Assembly (NCBI GenBank): GCA_041483895.1
Contig: JBGPGO010000003.1
Location: forward strand, 192,001 to 256,000
DNA length: 64,000 bases
Origin: Fimbriimonadia bacterium
Lineage (GTDB): Bacteria > Armatimonadota > Fimbriimonadia > Fimbriimonadales > JABRVX01
Reading direction: 5' to 3'
Part shown: in pieces, positions 55,207-64,000 of the stretch
Position numbering within the stretch: the first letter of the stretch is position 1
Layout of the letters: every line of letters starts with the position of its first letter
Position numbers and translations under genes: made by a program
Notes under the pieces: model-generated
Database searches by the model: none
What the model was told of the DNA's origin: nothing
Seen by the model: the letters and a program-made list of their open reading frames with translations, nothing else

Positions 55207-56062
55207 GGCAGTCCCGCAACACGATTCCAAACGTTCTGGGCTTGAATGGCAATCGCAGAATCGCACCCATTGTGTTTAAGATTCGGCATAAAAAGCTGTA
55301 CAATCCTCCCTTGTGGATGCGAAAGTACAACTCTTTCCCGCAATTGTAAAGCGACACCATATCCGCCCGCCTTACCGCTCCGCTGGCACCGAGCGCGTGG
55401 CGAAACACGGCGTCATGCACGTACCAAATCTCCCCGGAGCGAGAGAGCCGGTGGCACAGCTCCGTGTCCTCGCAATAGAGAAAGAACTGCCCATCGAAGA
55501 GCTGGAAATGGCCGTCCGGTTCCCGCCGGAGCAGGAGGCAGGCCCCCATCACCTGCCGGACCCGCCTCGTCGATGCGTGGTCCCACCAGGTCATAAAGTA
55601 GGACCCGAACAGGCGCGACCAGGGGAACAGCTTGGACAGCCCGCTCTGTTCCAAGAAGACTGCCCACAAGGTGAGGCGACCCGCGCAAGACGGTTGCAGC
55701 GAACCGTCCGGATTTACCAGCTTGCCACCGCATGCGACCGCAGAGGGATGGGCATCCATGAACTCGACCAGCCTCTCGACCGCTCCCGCCTCCACTTCGA
55801 TGTCGGCGTTGAGAACCAGCGCGTACTCTGTCTCGCATTCCGCCAGCGCGATGTTGGCCCCGCGTCCAAATCCGCGATTGACGTAGGATTGGATCAAGGC
55901 GACGCCGGGAAACTCATGCCGCACCATCTCTCCGGAGTGGTCCCAGGATGCGTTGTCCACCACCGCCGTCTTCACCCCCGGAGGCAGGCTGGCAAGACAC
56001 CGCCGCAACGCGTCCCGGGTGTTGTAGCTGACGATGATAACGGAGACGCTTTCGGGGCTCAC
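55166..56062 (-). CDS. GT2 glycosyltransferase (WbbL-like)
   Basis: IIVSYN, VDNAS, LNAD, FFLYCEDTELC; GTGA coupling to the upstream gene. Confidence 0.88.
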   Translation of the reverse strand: MSPESVSVIIVSYNTRDALRRCLASLPPGVKTAVVDNASWDHSGEMVRHEFPGVALIQSYVNRGFGRGANIALAECETEYALVLNADIEVEAGAVERLVEFMDAHPSAVACGGKLVNPDGSLQPSCAGRLTLWAVFLEQSGLSKLFPWSRLFGSYFMTWWDHASTRRVRQVMGACLLLRREPDGHFQLFDGQFFLYCEDTELCHRLSRSGEIWYVHDAVFRHALGASGAVRRADMVSLYNCGKELYFRIHKGGLYSFLCRILNTMGAILRLPFKPRTFGIVLRDCLKLPIGYQPESGP

Positions 56063-58227
56063 GTCGGCAATTTCGGATGGACGGCATTCGTATCTTCCGT
56101 CCATTGCGAGGCATCGTCGTGACGCTTCAGATCGAGGTACACATTGAAAACACTTTCGACGGTTTTTTTGAACATATCCGACACGTGTCTCTGCCACGGC
56201 TCCAACGTGTCGTCGCGCCGGATCGCCAGACTCGCCTTCACCGAGCTCAAATACATATCCCGGTTCTTGGCTGCTTGTTCATCCGTTATGCCACTGTACT
56301 GCCCCCGCCGCAGATAGATCGGATAGGTGGTGCGCATATAGCTGTCCAAATCCTCGAACGCCTCTTGTAGCCTCCGATCGCGATCATCTCCCTCCTTCGC
56401 CAAGATAAGATTCGCCTCAGAGTAGATCGTTTCCACCATCTCGGGCACCGCGCGGGTAGTGGCATACGTTGTCTCCCGTTGTGCTGCGACCTTCCGAGCA
56501 AGCGCAACCATTTGCTCGTTTCGCCCAGCTGTCCGGTACAAATCGAGCAGCTCCATCTCGGCGGTGGGTGAATAGGGGTCCTTTTCGAGAGCTGCGCGAA
56601 ACGATCGCTCCGCATCTTCCGGTTCGCGCATGGCCAGATACAGCCGGCCCGCCCCGACATATGCGTCCGCGGAAGGCTCCGCCGCGACAGCAGCCTTTAC
56701 CTGTTCTTTCGCCTTCTTGGAATCCCTGGCCCAATTCAAAAGTCCGCCGTATGCCAGCAGATACCGCCGATCCGACGGCTGCCAATACACTGCGTTCGCA
56801 AACCCCTCTTCCGCCGCAGACAGTTCGCGCCGCACGACCGCAGCTTGGGCAGACGACGCATAGTTCGCCCCAATCGCCATCCGTCCCACAAGCGTGAGCG
56901 CGAAAATCGCGATCGCCGACCCCATTAGGCCCAGCGCCGGCTCCGGCACCCGCACGGGCATCGTCCCATCAACCGCCAACGCCAATGCCAATCCCATCAG
57001 CCCCCACATAGTGAGGTTGTTGGCGAACAGATAGGCCTGGCTGTCGATCATGTTGTGGACCAACGCCGCCAGGACGCCTGCGACAGCCGCCGACCGGATG
57101 AGCGGCGCGCGCAAACCCAAAAGCTCTTCCCCCGGCACCTCGCCGCTTGCCTCTCTGGGAAAGGTTCGGCGTCCCCACGCAAGGAACAGCGCGAACAGCA
57201 CAACGACGGAGGCCACGCCGGATTCGGTCGCCAACTGAATGAACGTGTTGTGTGCGAGCCGCGTAAATCCGACGGTTGCAAATTCGGTGCGCGCCCACGG
57301 GTAGCTTCCGAGGCCGAACCCCGCCATCGGTTTTGCCTGGATCATCGCTTTCGCATCCTGCCACAGATGCAATCGGAATGATCCGGAATGAGCCTCTTGC
57401 GACGAGCCGGGCGCCAGCCGCCCCCCGCCCCCTTGCGATGAGACGAGACCAAACGTACCGATTGCGATGAGAGTCGACACGGCGACCGCAATCGCCACGC
57501 GCCGATCCAGCGACCGATTCCACGCACTGAGCGCCAAAAACGAACCAATGCCGACTCCGGCGGCGATCAGGCCGCCCCGAGAACCGGTAAGCACCAACGC
57601 CGGCAATGGCAGGAAAGCAAGCAGACGCAAAATGGGGGACAGGCTGCCACGAACGTGCGCCAAGAATGCGATGCAGAGCGGCGTCGCCATCGCAAGGTAG
57701 CAGGCAAGAAAATCCGGGTTGAAGAAGGTCCCGAACACCCGCCAGTTCGGATCGCCCCGAAACGATTCGGCGTACTCACGAATCGCGACCGCCGCCTCCA
57801 GGCATCCCGCCAGCGCGATGATCCCGGCGAACGCCAGCGCATACCGGCCCCGCCCCAACGTGCTCGCCGCCAAGACGAATGCGGAAAGCGAGACCGTCCA
57901 GATGCCGAGCTCCCGCCATCCGGCCGCGCGAAAATCCGACGAAACGATTGAGAGCAAGAGCCAAACCCAAAAGAGGCAGAGAAACGAGAGAATCCATCCC
58001 TGGGGAAACCGGGCAACCGGCGACTTCCACGCCGTCACAACCAACGGCGTCATCACGAGCAGCCCAATGATGAGATACCCAATCTCCGGCACTCCGGATC
58101 CGCCCGGAAGAAAGTTTATCTTCTGCAAATCTTCGGACGCAATGATGGAGAAACCGAACTGTCCTGCCAAAAACGGCGCGAGGAACAGCGCTGCCGTGAA
58201 CAGCCACCATTCCCATCGCAGCCTCAC
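56059..58227 (-). CDS. O-antigen ligase family protein with C-terminal TPRs
   Basis: RVFGTFFNPD, LTGSRGG, GFGLGSY, AHNTFIQLATESG; TPR-like helical tail. Confidence 0.82.
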   Translation of the reverse strand: MRLRWEWWLFTAALFLAPFLAGQFGFSIIASEDLQKINFLPGGSGVPEIGYLIIGLLVMTPLVVTAWKSPVARFPQGWILSFLCLFWVWLLLSIVSSDFRAAGWRELGIWTVSLSAFVLAASTLGRGRYALAFAGIIALAGCLEAAVAIREYAESFRGDPNWRVFGTFFNPDFLACYLAMATPLCIAFLAHVRGSLSPILRLLAFLPLPALVLTGSRGGLIAAGVGIGSFLALSAWNRSLDRRVAIAVAVSTLIAIGTFGLVSSQGGGGRLAPGSSQEAHSGSFRLHLWQDAKAMIQAKPMAGFGLGSYPWARTEFATVGFTRLAHNTFIQLATESGVASVVVLFALFLAWGRRTFPREASGEVPGEELLGLRAPLIRSAAVAGVLAALVHNMIDSQAYLFANNLTMWGLMGLALALAVDGTMPVRVPEPALGLMGSAIAIFALTLVGRMAIGANYASSAQAAVVRRELSAAEEGFANAVYWQPSDRRYLLAYGGLLNWARDSKKAKEQVKAAVAAEPSADAYVGAGRLYLAMREPEDAERSFRAALEKDPYSPTAEMELLDLYRTAGRNEQMVALARKVAAQRETTYATTRAVPEMVETIYSEANLILAKEGDDRDRRLQEAFEDLDSYMRTTYPIYLRRGQYSGITDEQAAKNRDMYLSSVKASLAIRRDDTLEPWQRHVSDMFKKTVESVFNVYLDLKRHDDASQWTEDTNAVHPKLPT

Positions 58228-59111
58228 CGCGCCAGCCACCGCTTCAGCGCGTCCCATTGGTTTTTCAGAATGAACAGAGTTCCTCGCAGCCACAGTCCAA
58301 AGGGTACCAGTGGTCGCAAGAGCAAAGGCACTTTTTGAATCGTGTGCTTTTTGTAGAACAGCCACATGCTGTGATGGAACATTCGAATGGCCTTGTTCGC
58401 GATCAGGTCCGTGCTGCGCCCGATGATGTGCGTTATCACCGCCGACGGCACATACCAGACCTCCCATCCCGCTTGATGCGCCCGCAGCGCCCAGTCCACT
58501 TCTTCGCAATACATAAAGAATTGCTCATCGAAACCACCCAATTGTTCCAAAAGGGATCGGCGCACCATCATTGCCGATCCGGAAACCCAGTCCACCTGCC
58601 GAGGCTCATTGTGCAGCCAACTCTTCATCAAGTAGTCGGAGGCAAATCTGTTGTTGGGGAAGAGACGCCCGAGCATGGTGTTGCGAAAGAGCGCTGCTTC
58701 GATGGTCGGAAAGCGGCGACAGGAATACTGCAACGACCCGTCGGGGTTTAGTATTTTCGGGCCGAATATGCCACCCTTTTCATGCGAATCGGCAAACGCG
58801 ACCAGTTCATCGAGGGCATGCGGATGGACGGTCGCATCAGGATTCAGCATCAGCAAGTATCGGCCAGTCGCCCGTTCCATGGCCCGGTTATGCCCAGCGC
58901 CAAAGCCCAAATTCTCATTCGAAGCACACAGCTCAACGGAAGGAAATTCTTGAGCAACCATATCGGGAGTGCCGTCCGACGATGCGTTGTCCCACACTAT
59001 GACCTCGTGCGAAACGGAGTCCGGGAGCGCGCAAATCGCGCGGAGACAGTCGCGAAGGCAGTCGCGTGAATTCCAACTAACGATTGTGATCGACAGGTCC
59101 AAACCCGGCAT
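58224..59111 (-). CDS. GT2 glycosyltransferase (WbbL-like)
   Basis: IVSWN, DNASSDG, LNPD, VDWVSG, FFMYCEEVDW. Confidence 0.9.
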   Translation of the reverse strand: MPGLDLSITIVSWNSRDCLRDCLRAICALPDSVSHEVIVWDNASSDGTPDMVAQEFPSVELCASNENLGFGAGHNRAMERATGRYLLMLNPDATVHPHALDELVAFADSHEKGGIFGPKILNPDGSLQYSCRRFPTIEAALFRNTMLGRLFPNNRFASDYLMKSWLHNEPRQVDWVSGSAMMVRRSLLEQLGGFDEQFFMYCEEVDWALRAHQAGWEVWYVPSAVITHIIGRSTDLIANKAIRMFHHSMWLFYKKHTIQKVPLLLRPLVPFGLWLRGTLFILKNQWDALKRWLAR

Positions 59112-59919
59112 GCCATCCTTTGGCTCTCACCCACGCCCCGGTCCAAATCAGGCCCGTCAGCAGCCAGGTGAGCGGTGGGAACGTTCGCGCCTTCACGTGC
59201 TTGTCATAGTACCTGAGCAGGCTCCGGTGCGACTCCCAGATCATGGCTTTGCGAACCTGCCGCGTGCTCGCCCCGCCGTGGTGCAGAACCTTGGCCGCTG
59301 GATCAAACCATATCTTCCACCCCGCCTTCTTGGCTCGATAGCACCAGTCCACATCGTTGAAAAAGATGGGAAACGGTTCATCAAGTGGGCCGACCTGGTC
59401 CCATGCTTCGCGCCTCACCAGCCAACAGGTCGCCATCGGCTGGTCCACTTCTCGTGCCGTTTTGTGGTCGAAATCGGACATTCGATATTTGCCGCCGAAG
59501 CCGAGCATGGCTTTGAGCAGCGGCCACGGCTCCGGGAACCTGCGGCAAGACATCTGCACCGAACCGTCCGGGGATACAAGCTGGGGCGCGACCAAGGCGA
59601 TCTTTGGGTCCTCCGACAATCGCTTGACGAGCGGCGCGAAGCTGTCCGTGCGCAATTCCGTGTCGGGATTGAGGAAAAGCAACAGGTCGCCGGTCGCCTC
59701 CGCCGCAAGCTGATTGTTGGCCGCGGCATAGCCCCGATTGGCTTCGCTTGCGAACAGGCGCACTGCGGGAAACTCCGTTCTCACCATTTCCGCCGAACCA
59801 TCTGCGGACGCGTTGTCGGCGACGAGAACCTCCTGCGGTTCTCGCACCAAGGCGATCGATGCCAGGCACGCCCGGAGTAGTTCCCGCGTGTTCCAGTTGA
59901 CGATGAGGACGGAGATCAT
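59077..59919 (-). CDS. GT2 glycosyltransferase
   Basis: MISVLIVNWN, DNASADG, LNPD, FPIFFNDVDW. Confidence 0.9.
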   Translation of the reverse strand: MISVLIVNWNTRELLRACLASIALVREPQEVLVADNASADGSAEMVRTEFPAVRLFASEANRGYAAANNQLAAEATGDLLLFLNPDTELRTDSFAPLVKRLSEDPKIALVAPQLVSPDGSVQMSCRRFPEPWPLLKAMLGFGGKYRMSDFDHKTAREVDQPMATCWLVRREAWDQVGPLDEPFPIFFNDVDWCYRAKKAGWKIWFDPAAKVLHHGGASTRQVRKAMIWESHRSLLRYYDKHVKARTFPPLTWLLTGLIWTGAWVRAKGWHAGFGPVDHNR

Positions 59920-59952
59920 TCGCCAGATTGTATCCGCAACGCTGCCTCTCAC

Positions 59953-60005
59953 GTAACGCCGGCAGCCAGCAGGCATTGAATGTGCCGGCTGGAAGCAAGC
60001 GTTAC
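59953..60005. repeat. Imperfect REP-like inverted repeat
   Basis: gtaacgccggcagccagcaggca and tgccggctggaagcaagcgttac; overlaps the HAD stop codon. Confidence 0.55.
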
Positions 60006-60646
60006 AAAAGTTCTGTCAACTCGGCCACAACCAGGTCCGGCGGGCAGGTCGCGAAGTGGAACTCGTCCCGGCCCGGTGGCAGTACGCCGATTGTGGATGC
60101 GTTTATGTTCCGGCCACCGCGCACATCCATCGGATGGTCGCCGATCACGCACACCCCTTGTCGGGGCCGGTCCAATTGGGAGGTAATGCTCCAGTAGTGT
60201 TCCGGGTCCGGCTTCACGCGGCCGACGTGCTCCCGCGCGACCACGCAGTCCACGGCGATCCGCGCTCCCACCAGCATCTTCGTCGCCAGCGCGCCGCTGT
60301 TTCGGGTCGCGACCCCGACCGCGATGTTCATGGATCGCAGTGCGTCCACCAGGTCCTTGGCGCCTTCGCGGGCCACGACTTCCAAACAGTATTCTCGCTC
60401 GATCGCCTCGAATTCGGCAAAAGCCCGGTCGCGAAACTCTTGCTCGCGCCGCTCGGGCAGCCAGCCGCACACCGCGTAGACCACTCTCATCGCATCCTGG
60501 CCATCGAGCGTTTCGATCGGGAAGCCCGCTGCGCTTGCCAGCTTCATCGCCGCCGCACGGAGTCGTGAGAAGTCAATCGCGCTGTGGACCAGCGTGCCAT
60601 CGAGATCGAAAATGACCGTTTCGGCGGTAGAAAGCAGGGTGTGCAC
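60002..60646 (-). CDS. HAD-family hydrolase (phosphoglycolate phosphatase-like)
   Basis: FDLDGTL, ATRN, KPDP, IGDHPMD. Confidence 0.88.
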   Translation of the reverse strand: MHTLLSTAETVIFDLDGTLVHSAIDFSRLRAAAMKLASAAGFPIETLDGQDAMRVVYAVCGWLPERREQEFRDRAFAEFEAIEREYCLEVVAREGAKDLVDALRSMNIAVGVATRNSGALATKMLVGARIAVDCVVAREHVGRVKPDPEHYWSITSQLDRPRQGVCVIGDHPMDVRGGRNINASTIGVLPPGRDEFHFATCPPDLVVAELTELL

Positions 60647-60814
60647 TGCCAAAGGATACCAGCCCATCGCCCTGAACGAAGAACCCCGTAGCATTATCAT
60701 CTTCCATGGCACACCGCCTGCTTCAACATGAACCAAGAGATTTCACAACGACACTTCCCGTGGCGTACGCGAAGAGCCGGCTCGTACGAACGGGCCGGCT
60801 TTGGCAGTCCCGAT

Positions 60815-63232
60815 CTAGTTGTCGCCGACCTGCGCAAAATTCGTGAACACGACATTGAGATCGGGCAGGGACACTTGACCATCGCAATCCACATCCCCAT
60901 CACCGCTCAAGGTGAAGTTGGTAAGGACCGCATTCAGGTCCGTCAGGTCAATCTGATTGCTATCATCCGTATCGCCGTTGACCAGAGAGAAATCCGCGAC
61001 CGTCGGTCCACTCACTGTTTGAGAACCGCGAACCTGGCGCAACCAGGTGGATCCTTTCGCCGCGATATCGTAGGTGCCTGTCAGGGCCGATGCGATGCTG
61101 TAGTTGCCGGAATCGTCCAGCGCTACCGGATAGGATGCGACCACAGTTGTCGTTCCCGGATCGCGGAACTCAATCGTAACGGCTTTTCCCACAGGCGAGA
61201 CAGCGAGATTCTGCAGGTCGATGTTCCCCGAAAGGCTGGTCGGCTCTGGGCAGACAAAGGACACGACGTCGACCGCGTCCACCCCGGCCTCCACAACGGA
61301 GCCGTTCAGGAGGTCGCCGGCGTCGAATCGAAGTCTCATCAGGGAGGTCGGCGCAACGAAGTCGCTGACGACAAAGTCATGAGTAAACCAGCCGCCGCTC
61401 ACCTGCGAACCCGTCGGCCCCACCGTTTCCACCGTCGTCCAATTTGCGCCGTCATCATTCGAAATGGAAACTATGAACGTGTCTTCGAAGGGATTGTTGC
61501 CGGTTGAGTTGGAATACCATCGCGAATAGCTGATCATCCCATCGGATCCCGCAAGGCTGAATGGTGGGGAGATGAGGTACGTCGTGCCGCCATCCACGTC
61601 GGTATCTCCCGCGCCGTTCTGTGTGAGGTAGCAGGGGCCGGAACCGTCGTAATCCGTCGGTGGATCGCCGCGCGCGCCGCCGCCGGTCGGCGCCCCGCGC
61701 TCCCATGCTCCGGAAGTCAGTCCGCTGTCGTTCTGAACCGTCCAGCCCATGTCAGTTTGAAAGTTGTCCGCCAAGACCGTAATCGGCAATGAGGCGCCGT
61801 ATCCGGTGTACGTGGTCGTGGGGGCTCCTGTAGGACTGTAGCGAGTGTCGCCGACCGTGGATTGGGCGCTGAAGTAATATCGATTCTTGGTCTTACAAGG
61901 CACGGCAGGGAAGACGGCGTCGTAGACGTTGGCGGATACCACATTCATCTTCGCCGAAGAAAATCCGCTGCCCGTATCGTAATACATCTTTCCCGAATCC
62001 GCCAGCGGAGTCAGACCGTTTTGACCGGAGATAATGACTCTGACCGTAGTCGTGGAATTCTGATCGAATACGAACGGAAGTCCATTGGGAAAGCCGAACG
62101 CAAGGCCGGCCGCACAGACGCCTGTCGGATTCGCCAGCGCGGTTTGCAACCCGGCATTATTGACCCCCGTGCCCCAATTGTTTCCGCTGAAAGTGCTGCA
62201 ACCGCTATGCGTATGGATTCCGATGGCCTCGCTCGTATCTTCATCGATCACGGGAGATCCGGAGTTGCCGCCGGTGGTGTCAACCTCGTAACCCAGTGTT
62301 GAACCGCTGAAGATGACATAGGGTCCCACGCCGGTCTTCTGCACCTGGTTCCATGTCGGAGTTACCGGCGATGTCGTTGTCCCGTATCCGGTCACGCGCA
62401 GCGTTTGACCTGCGACCGCAGGCGGCGTGGAGGCGAGGTTGAAAAATGCGCCTTGTGCCTGATAGGGCGTCAATCCGGTTGTACTATTCGCATAACATCC
62501 ATAGTAGCAATAGTCGTTCCCGACCCCGCCGTCGGTGAACTGAATGGAGCTAGCATCGACGGTATACTGATCGCTCGGTGGCGGATGCACGATGCTGCCG
62601 TTTCCGGTTGATAGCGGCACGTTGAATTCAGCCACGGTCATGGTTCCTGGGGAGGCACAATGGCCGGCGGAAAGCATGCAATGGTTAATATCGTTGATCA
62701 TATATCCGGTGCAGCCGACCGGCACCAGTCGGCAGGCCCGCGAATCGCTGGAAAGGACTCGATCATCGAAGGAGCCGCAAATGGAAGCGATACCTACCTC
62801 GTCATCCCATGGCGCGCCGGCGGTTGCCTGGTCAATGATGATTCGGTTGGGTTGACCGTTCGGGGCCGCGAGAAGCTCGAGAAGAACGGCGGGACCGTTG
62901 AAGTAGGCGCTGGTATTGCCCCACTCCCGCATGCTCTTGGCGTCGAGCAGTTGGACCGCGCCGTCTTCCAACGACGTAATCCGCAATGTTGAGCTGCCGA
63001 TGATGAGCGGATGATCGCCGAGAATGGCCACGCGAAATTTTAGGCGGACCCAAACCGCGTCGGGCAGATAGATCGTCTTGGACCAGACGGTCTTTGATTC
63101 GGAACCGTTGTTAAAGAGGAGATCCGAGTCGGCGCTGACCGCTACGTCCCAACTGGGAATCGAATGGGTCTGGCATAGACCCGCGACAGCAAACACGACC
63201 GAGCAAATGACAAGCCAAAAGCGCGTCCTCAC
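60815..63232 (-). CDS. Secreted trypsin-like serine protease with C-terminal dockerin-like domain
   Basis: SD GAAGGAG before GTG 63232; signal peptide; catalytic triad SAGHC / NDY / GGNSGSPV; beta-sandwich modules; paired GD-D loops. Confidence 0.85.
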   Translation of the reverse strand: MRTRFWLVICSVVFAVAGLCQTHSIPSWDVAVSADSDLLFNNGSESKTVWSKTIYLPDAVWVRLKFRVAILGDHPLIIGSSTLRITSLEDGAVQLLDAKSMREWGNTSAYFNGPAVLLELLAAPNGQPNRIIIDQATAGAPWDDEVGIASICGSFDDRVLSSDSRACRLVPVGCTGYMINDINHCMLSAGHCASPGTMTVAEFNVPLSTGNGSIVHPPPSDQYTVDASSIQFTDGGVGNDYCYYGCYANSTTGLTPYQAQGAFFNLASTPPAVAGQTLRVTGYGTTTSPVTPTWNQVQKTGVGPYVIFSGSTLGYEVDTTGGNSGSPVIDEDTSEAIGIHTHSGCSTFSGNNWGTGVNNAGLQTALANPTGVCAAGLAFGFPNGLPFVFDQNSTTTVRVIISGQNGLTPLADSGKMYYDTGSGFSSAKMNVVSANVYDAVFPAVPCKTKNRYYFSAQSTVGDTRYSPTGAPTTTYTGYGASLPITVLADNFQTDMGWTVQNDSGLTSGAWERGAPTGGGARGDPPTDYDGSGPCYLTQNGAGDTDVDGGTTYLISPPFSLAGSDGMISYSRWYSNSTGNNPFEDTFIVSISNDDGANWTTVETVGPTGSQVSGGWFTHDFVVSDFVAPTSLMRLRFDAGDLLNGSVVEAGVDAVDVVSFVCPEPTSLSGNIDLQNLAVSPVGKAVTIEFRDPGTTTVVASYPVALDDSGNYSIASALTGTYDIAAKGSTWLRQVRGSQTVSGPTVADFSLVNGDTDDSNQIDLTDLNAVLTNFTLSGDGDVDCDGQVSLPDLNVVFTNFAQVGDN

Positions 63233-63298
63233 ACCCTCTCCTTCAAGCAAGACCTGGTTGGTACAGTGTATCACAGGTTTCCTCGCATGGAATACAAG

Positions 63299-63334
63299 CA
63301 AAAACCCCGCGGGACGAAACTGTCCCACGGGGTT
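63299..63334 (-). terminator. Rho-independent terminator
   Basis: Minus strand reads aaccccgtgggac...gtcccgcggggttttttt. Confidence 0.7.
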
Positions 63335-63355
63335 GAATCGCGTGCGTATTCAGCC

Positions 63356-63907
63356 CTAATTGACGGCTACAACTCCAACAGCTTCGGAAAGCGTTTCGAG
63401 TCCGGCCTTGTCGGCCTTCAGGTTCACGAAATTGGCGGTCACTTTCTTGTCTTTGTACACGATGACGGTGTTCTTCGCGTCTTCGTTAAACTTATAGCGA
63501 GAAACCGCGCCGTCGCTCTTGTTCAGGTACGCGATGTGTACGTTGTCGTTTTCCGTTTTCTGTGTGGCAATGGCGGCAACCGGAGCCTTGCCGTCGGTAA
63601 GAACAATCACGAAGGCCTTGAATTCCGCCTTGTTGTACTTGGTCACGGCAGAACTGAGCCACTTGGTAATCTCTGCTACGTTCTTTGGGTCATCCCCATT
63701 GACCCAGACCTGAACGGCCGGTCGGTCGCCATAGGTACAGGGCGGGCAGGAATCCGTACCCTTGAGCGGGCCGGAGACGTGCTTGGGGTGGAACGGGGTG
63801 ACCATCTCGCCGATGGCCAGGCCGGATTTCAGGGAACCGGCGAATACGGGGATCGCGATGGCTGCAGCGGTCGCGAACAGGGCAGCGCCCCAAATAGACT
63901 TACTCAT
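63356..63907 (-). CDS. Secreted redoxin-like hypothetical protein
   Basis: Signal peptide, SGLAIGEMVTPF, CPPC motif; SD GGAGG. Confidence 0.6.
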   Translation of the reverse strand: MSKSIWGAALFATAAAIAIPVFAGSLKSGLAIGEMVTPFHPKHVSGPLKGTDSCPPCTYGDRPAVQVWVNGDDPKNVAEITKWLSSAVTKYNKAEFKAFVIVLTDGKAPVAAIATQKTENDNVHIAYLNKSDGAVSRYKFNEDAKNTVIVYKDKKVTANFVNLKADKAGLETLSEAVGVVAVN

Positions 63908-64000
63908 GCAACGAGGCCTCCATTCAAAGTTACAGCATTATACGTCCGATTCGCACCAAATGTTTCGTTATTGTGCGATGAATTGGACGCACTGAGGCGA

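Noticed and set aside
1..64000. tRNA, rRNA, integrase, transposase or prophage
   Set aside because: None recognised by eye; tRNAscan-SE and HMM searches would be needed to exclude them fully.

Overview
A 64-kb, GC-rich bacterial chromosomal segment. The lineage is probably Armatimonadota/Fimbriimonadia-like; this is inferred from the dockerin-like tails on secreted proteins and the exosortase/PEP-CTERM content and is not verified. Gene content from left to right: a partial GH172/DUF2961 gene; a Wzy-type exopolysaccharide locus (wza, wzc, priming transferase, epimerase, UbiA-type polyprenyl-phosphate phosphoribosyltransferase, GtrA, exosortase, EpsI, polymerase, GTs, methyltransferases); housekeeping genes (lon, hsp20, moaC, mog, tatD, pcrA, fabI, ftcd, sucC, nth, dedA, carB, pilD, nnr); secreted proteins; a putative HTH + nucleotidyltransferase toxin-antitoxin pair; a kinase-less five-gene FHA/vWA/Zn-ribbon/PP2C operon; and a second glycosylation cluster. 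No rRNA, tRNA, CRISPR array or transposase was recognised. The most notable observations are: (1) a ~90-nt intergenic transcription unit with GGA-loop hairpins resembling CsrB/RsmZ-type sponge RNAs; (2) the FHA operon carrying repeated DPNxTQ phospho-Thr-like motifs and a probable ATT start codon; (3) a palindromic repeat inserted in frame in carB; (4) several REP-like hairpin families, including a 114-bp tandem array whose inverted copy flanks dedA. All calls come from reading the sequence and translations by eye; no searches were run.
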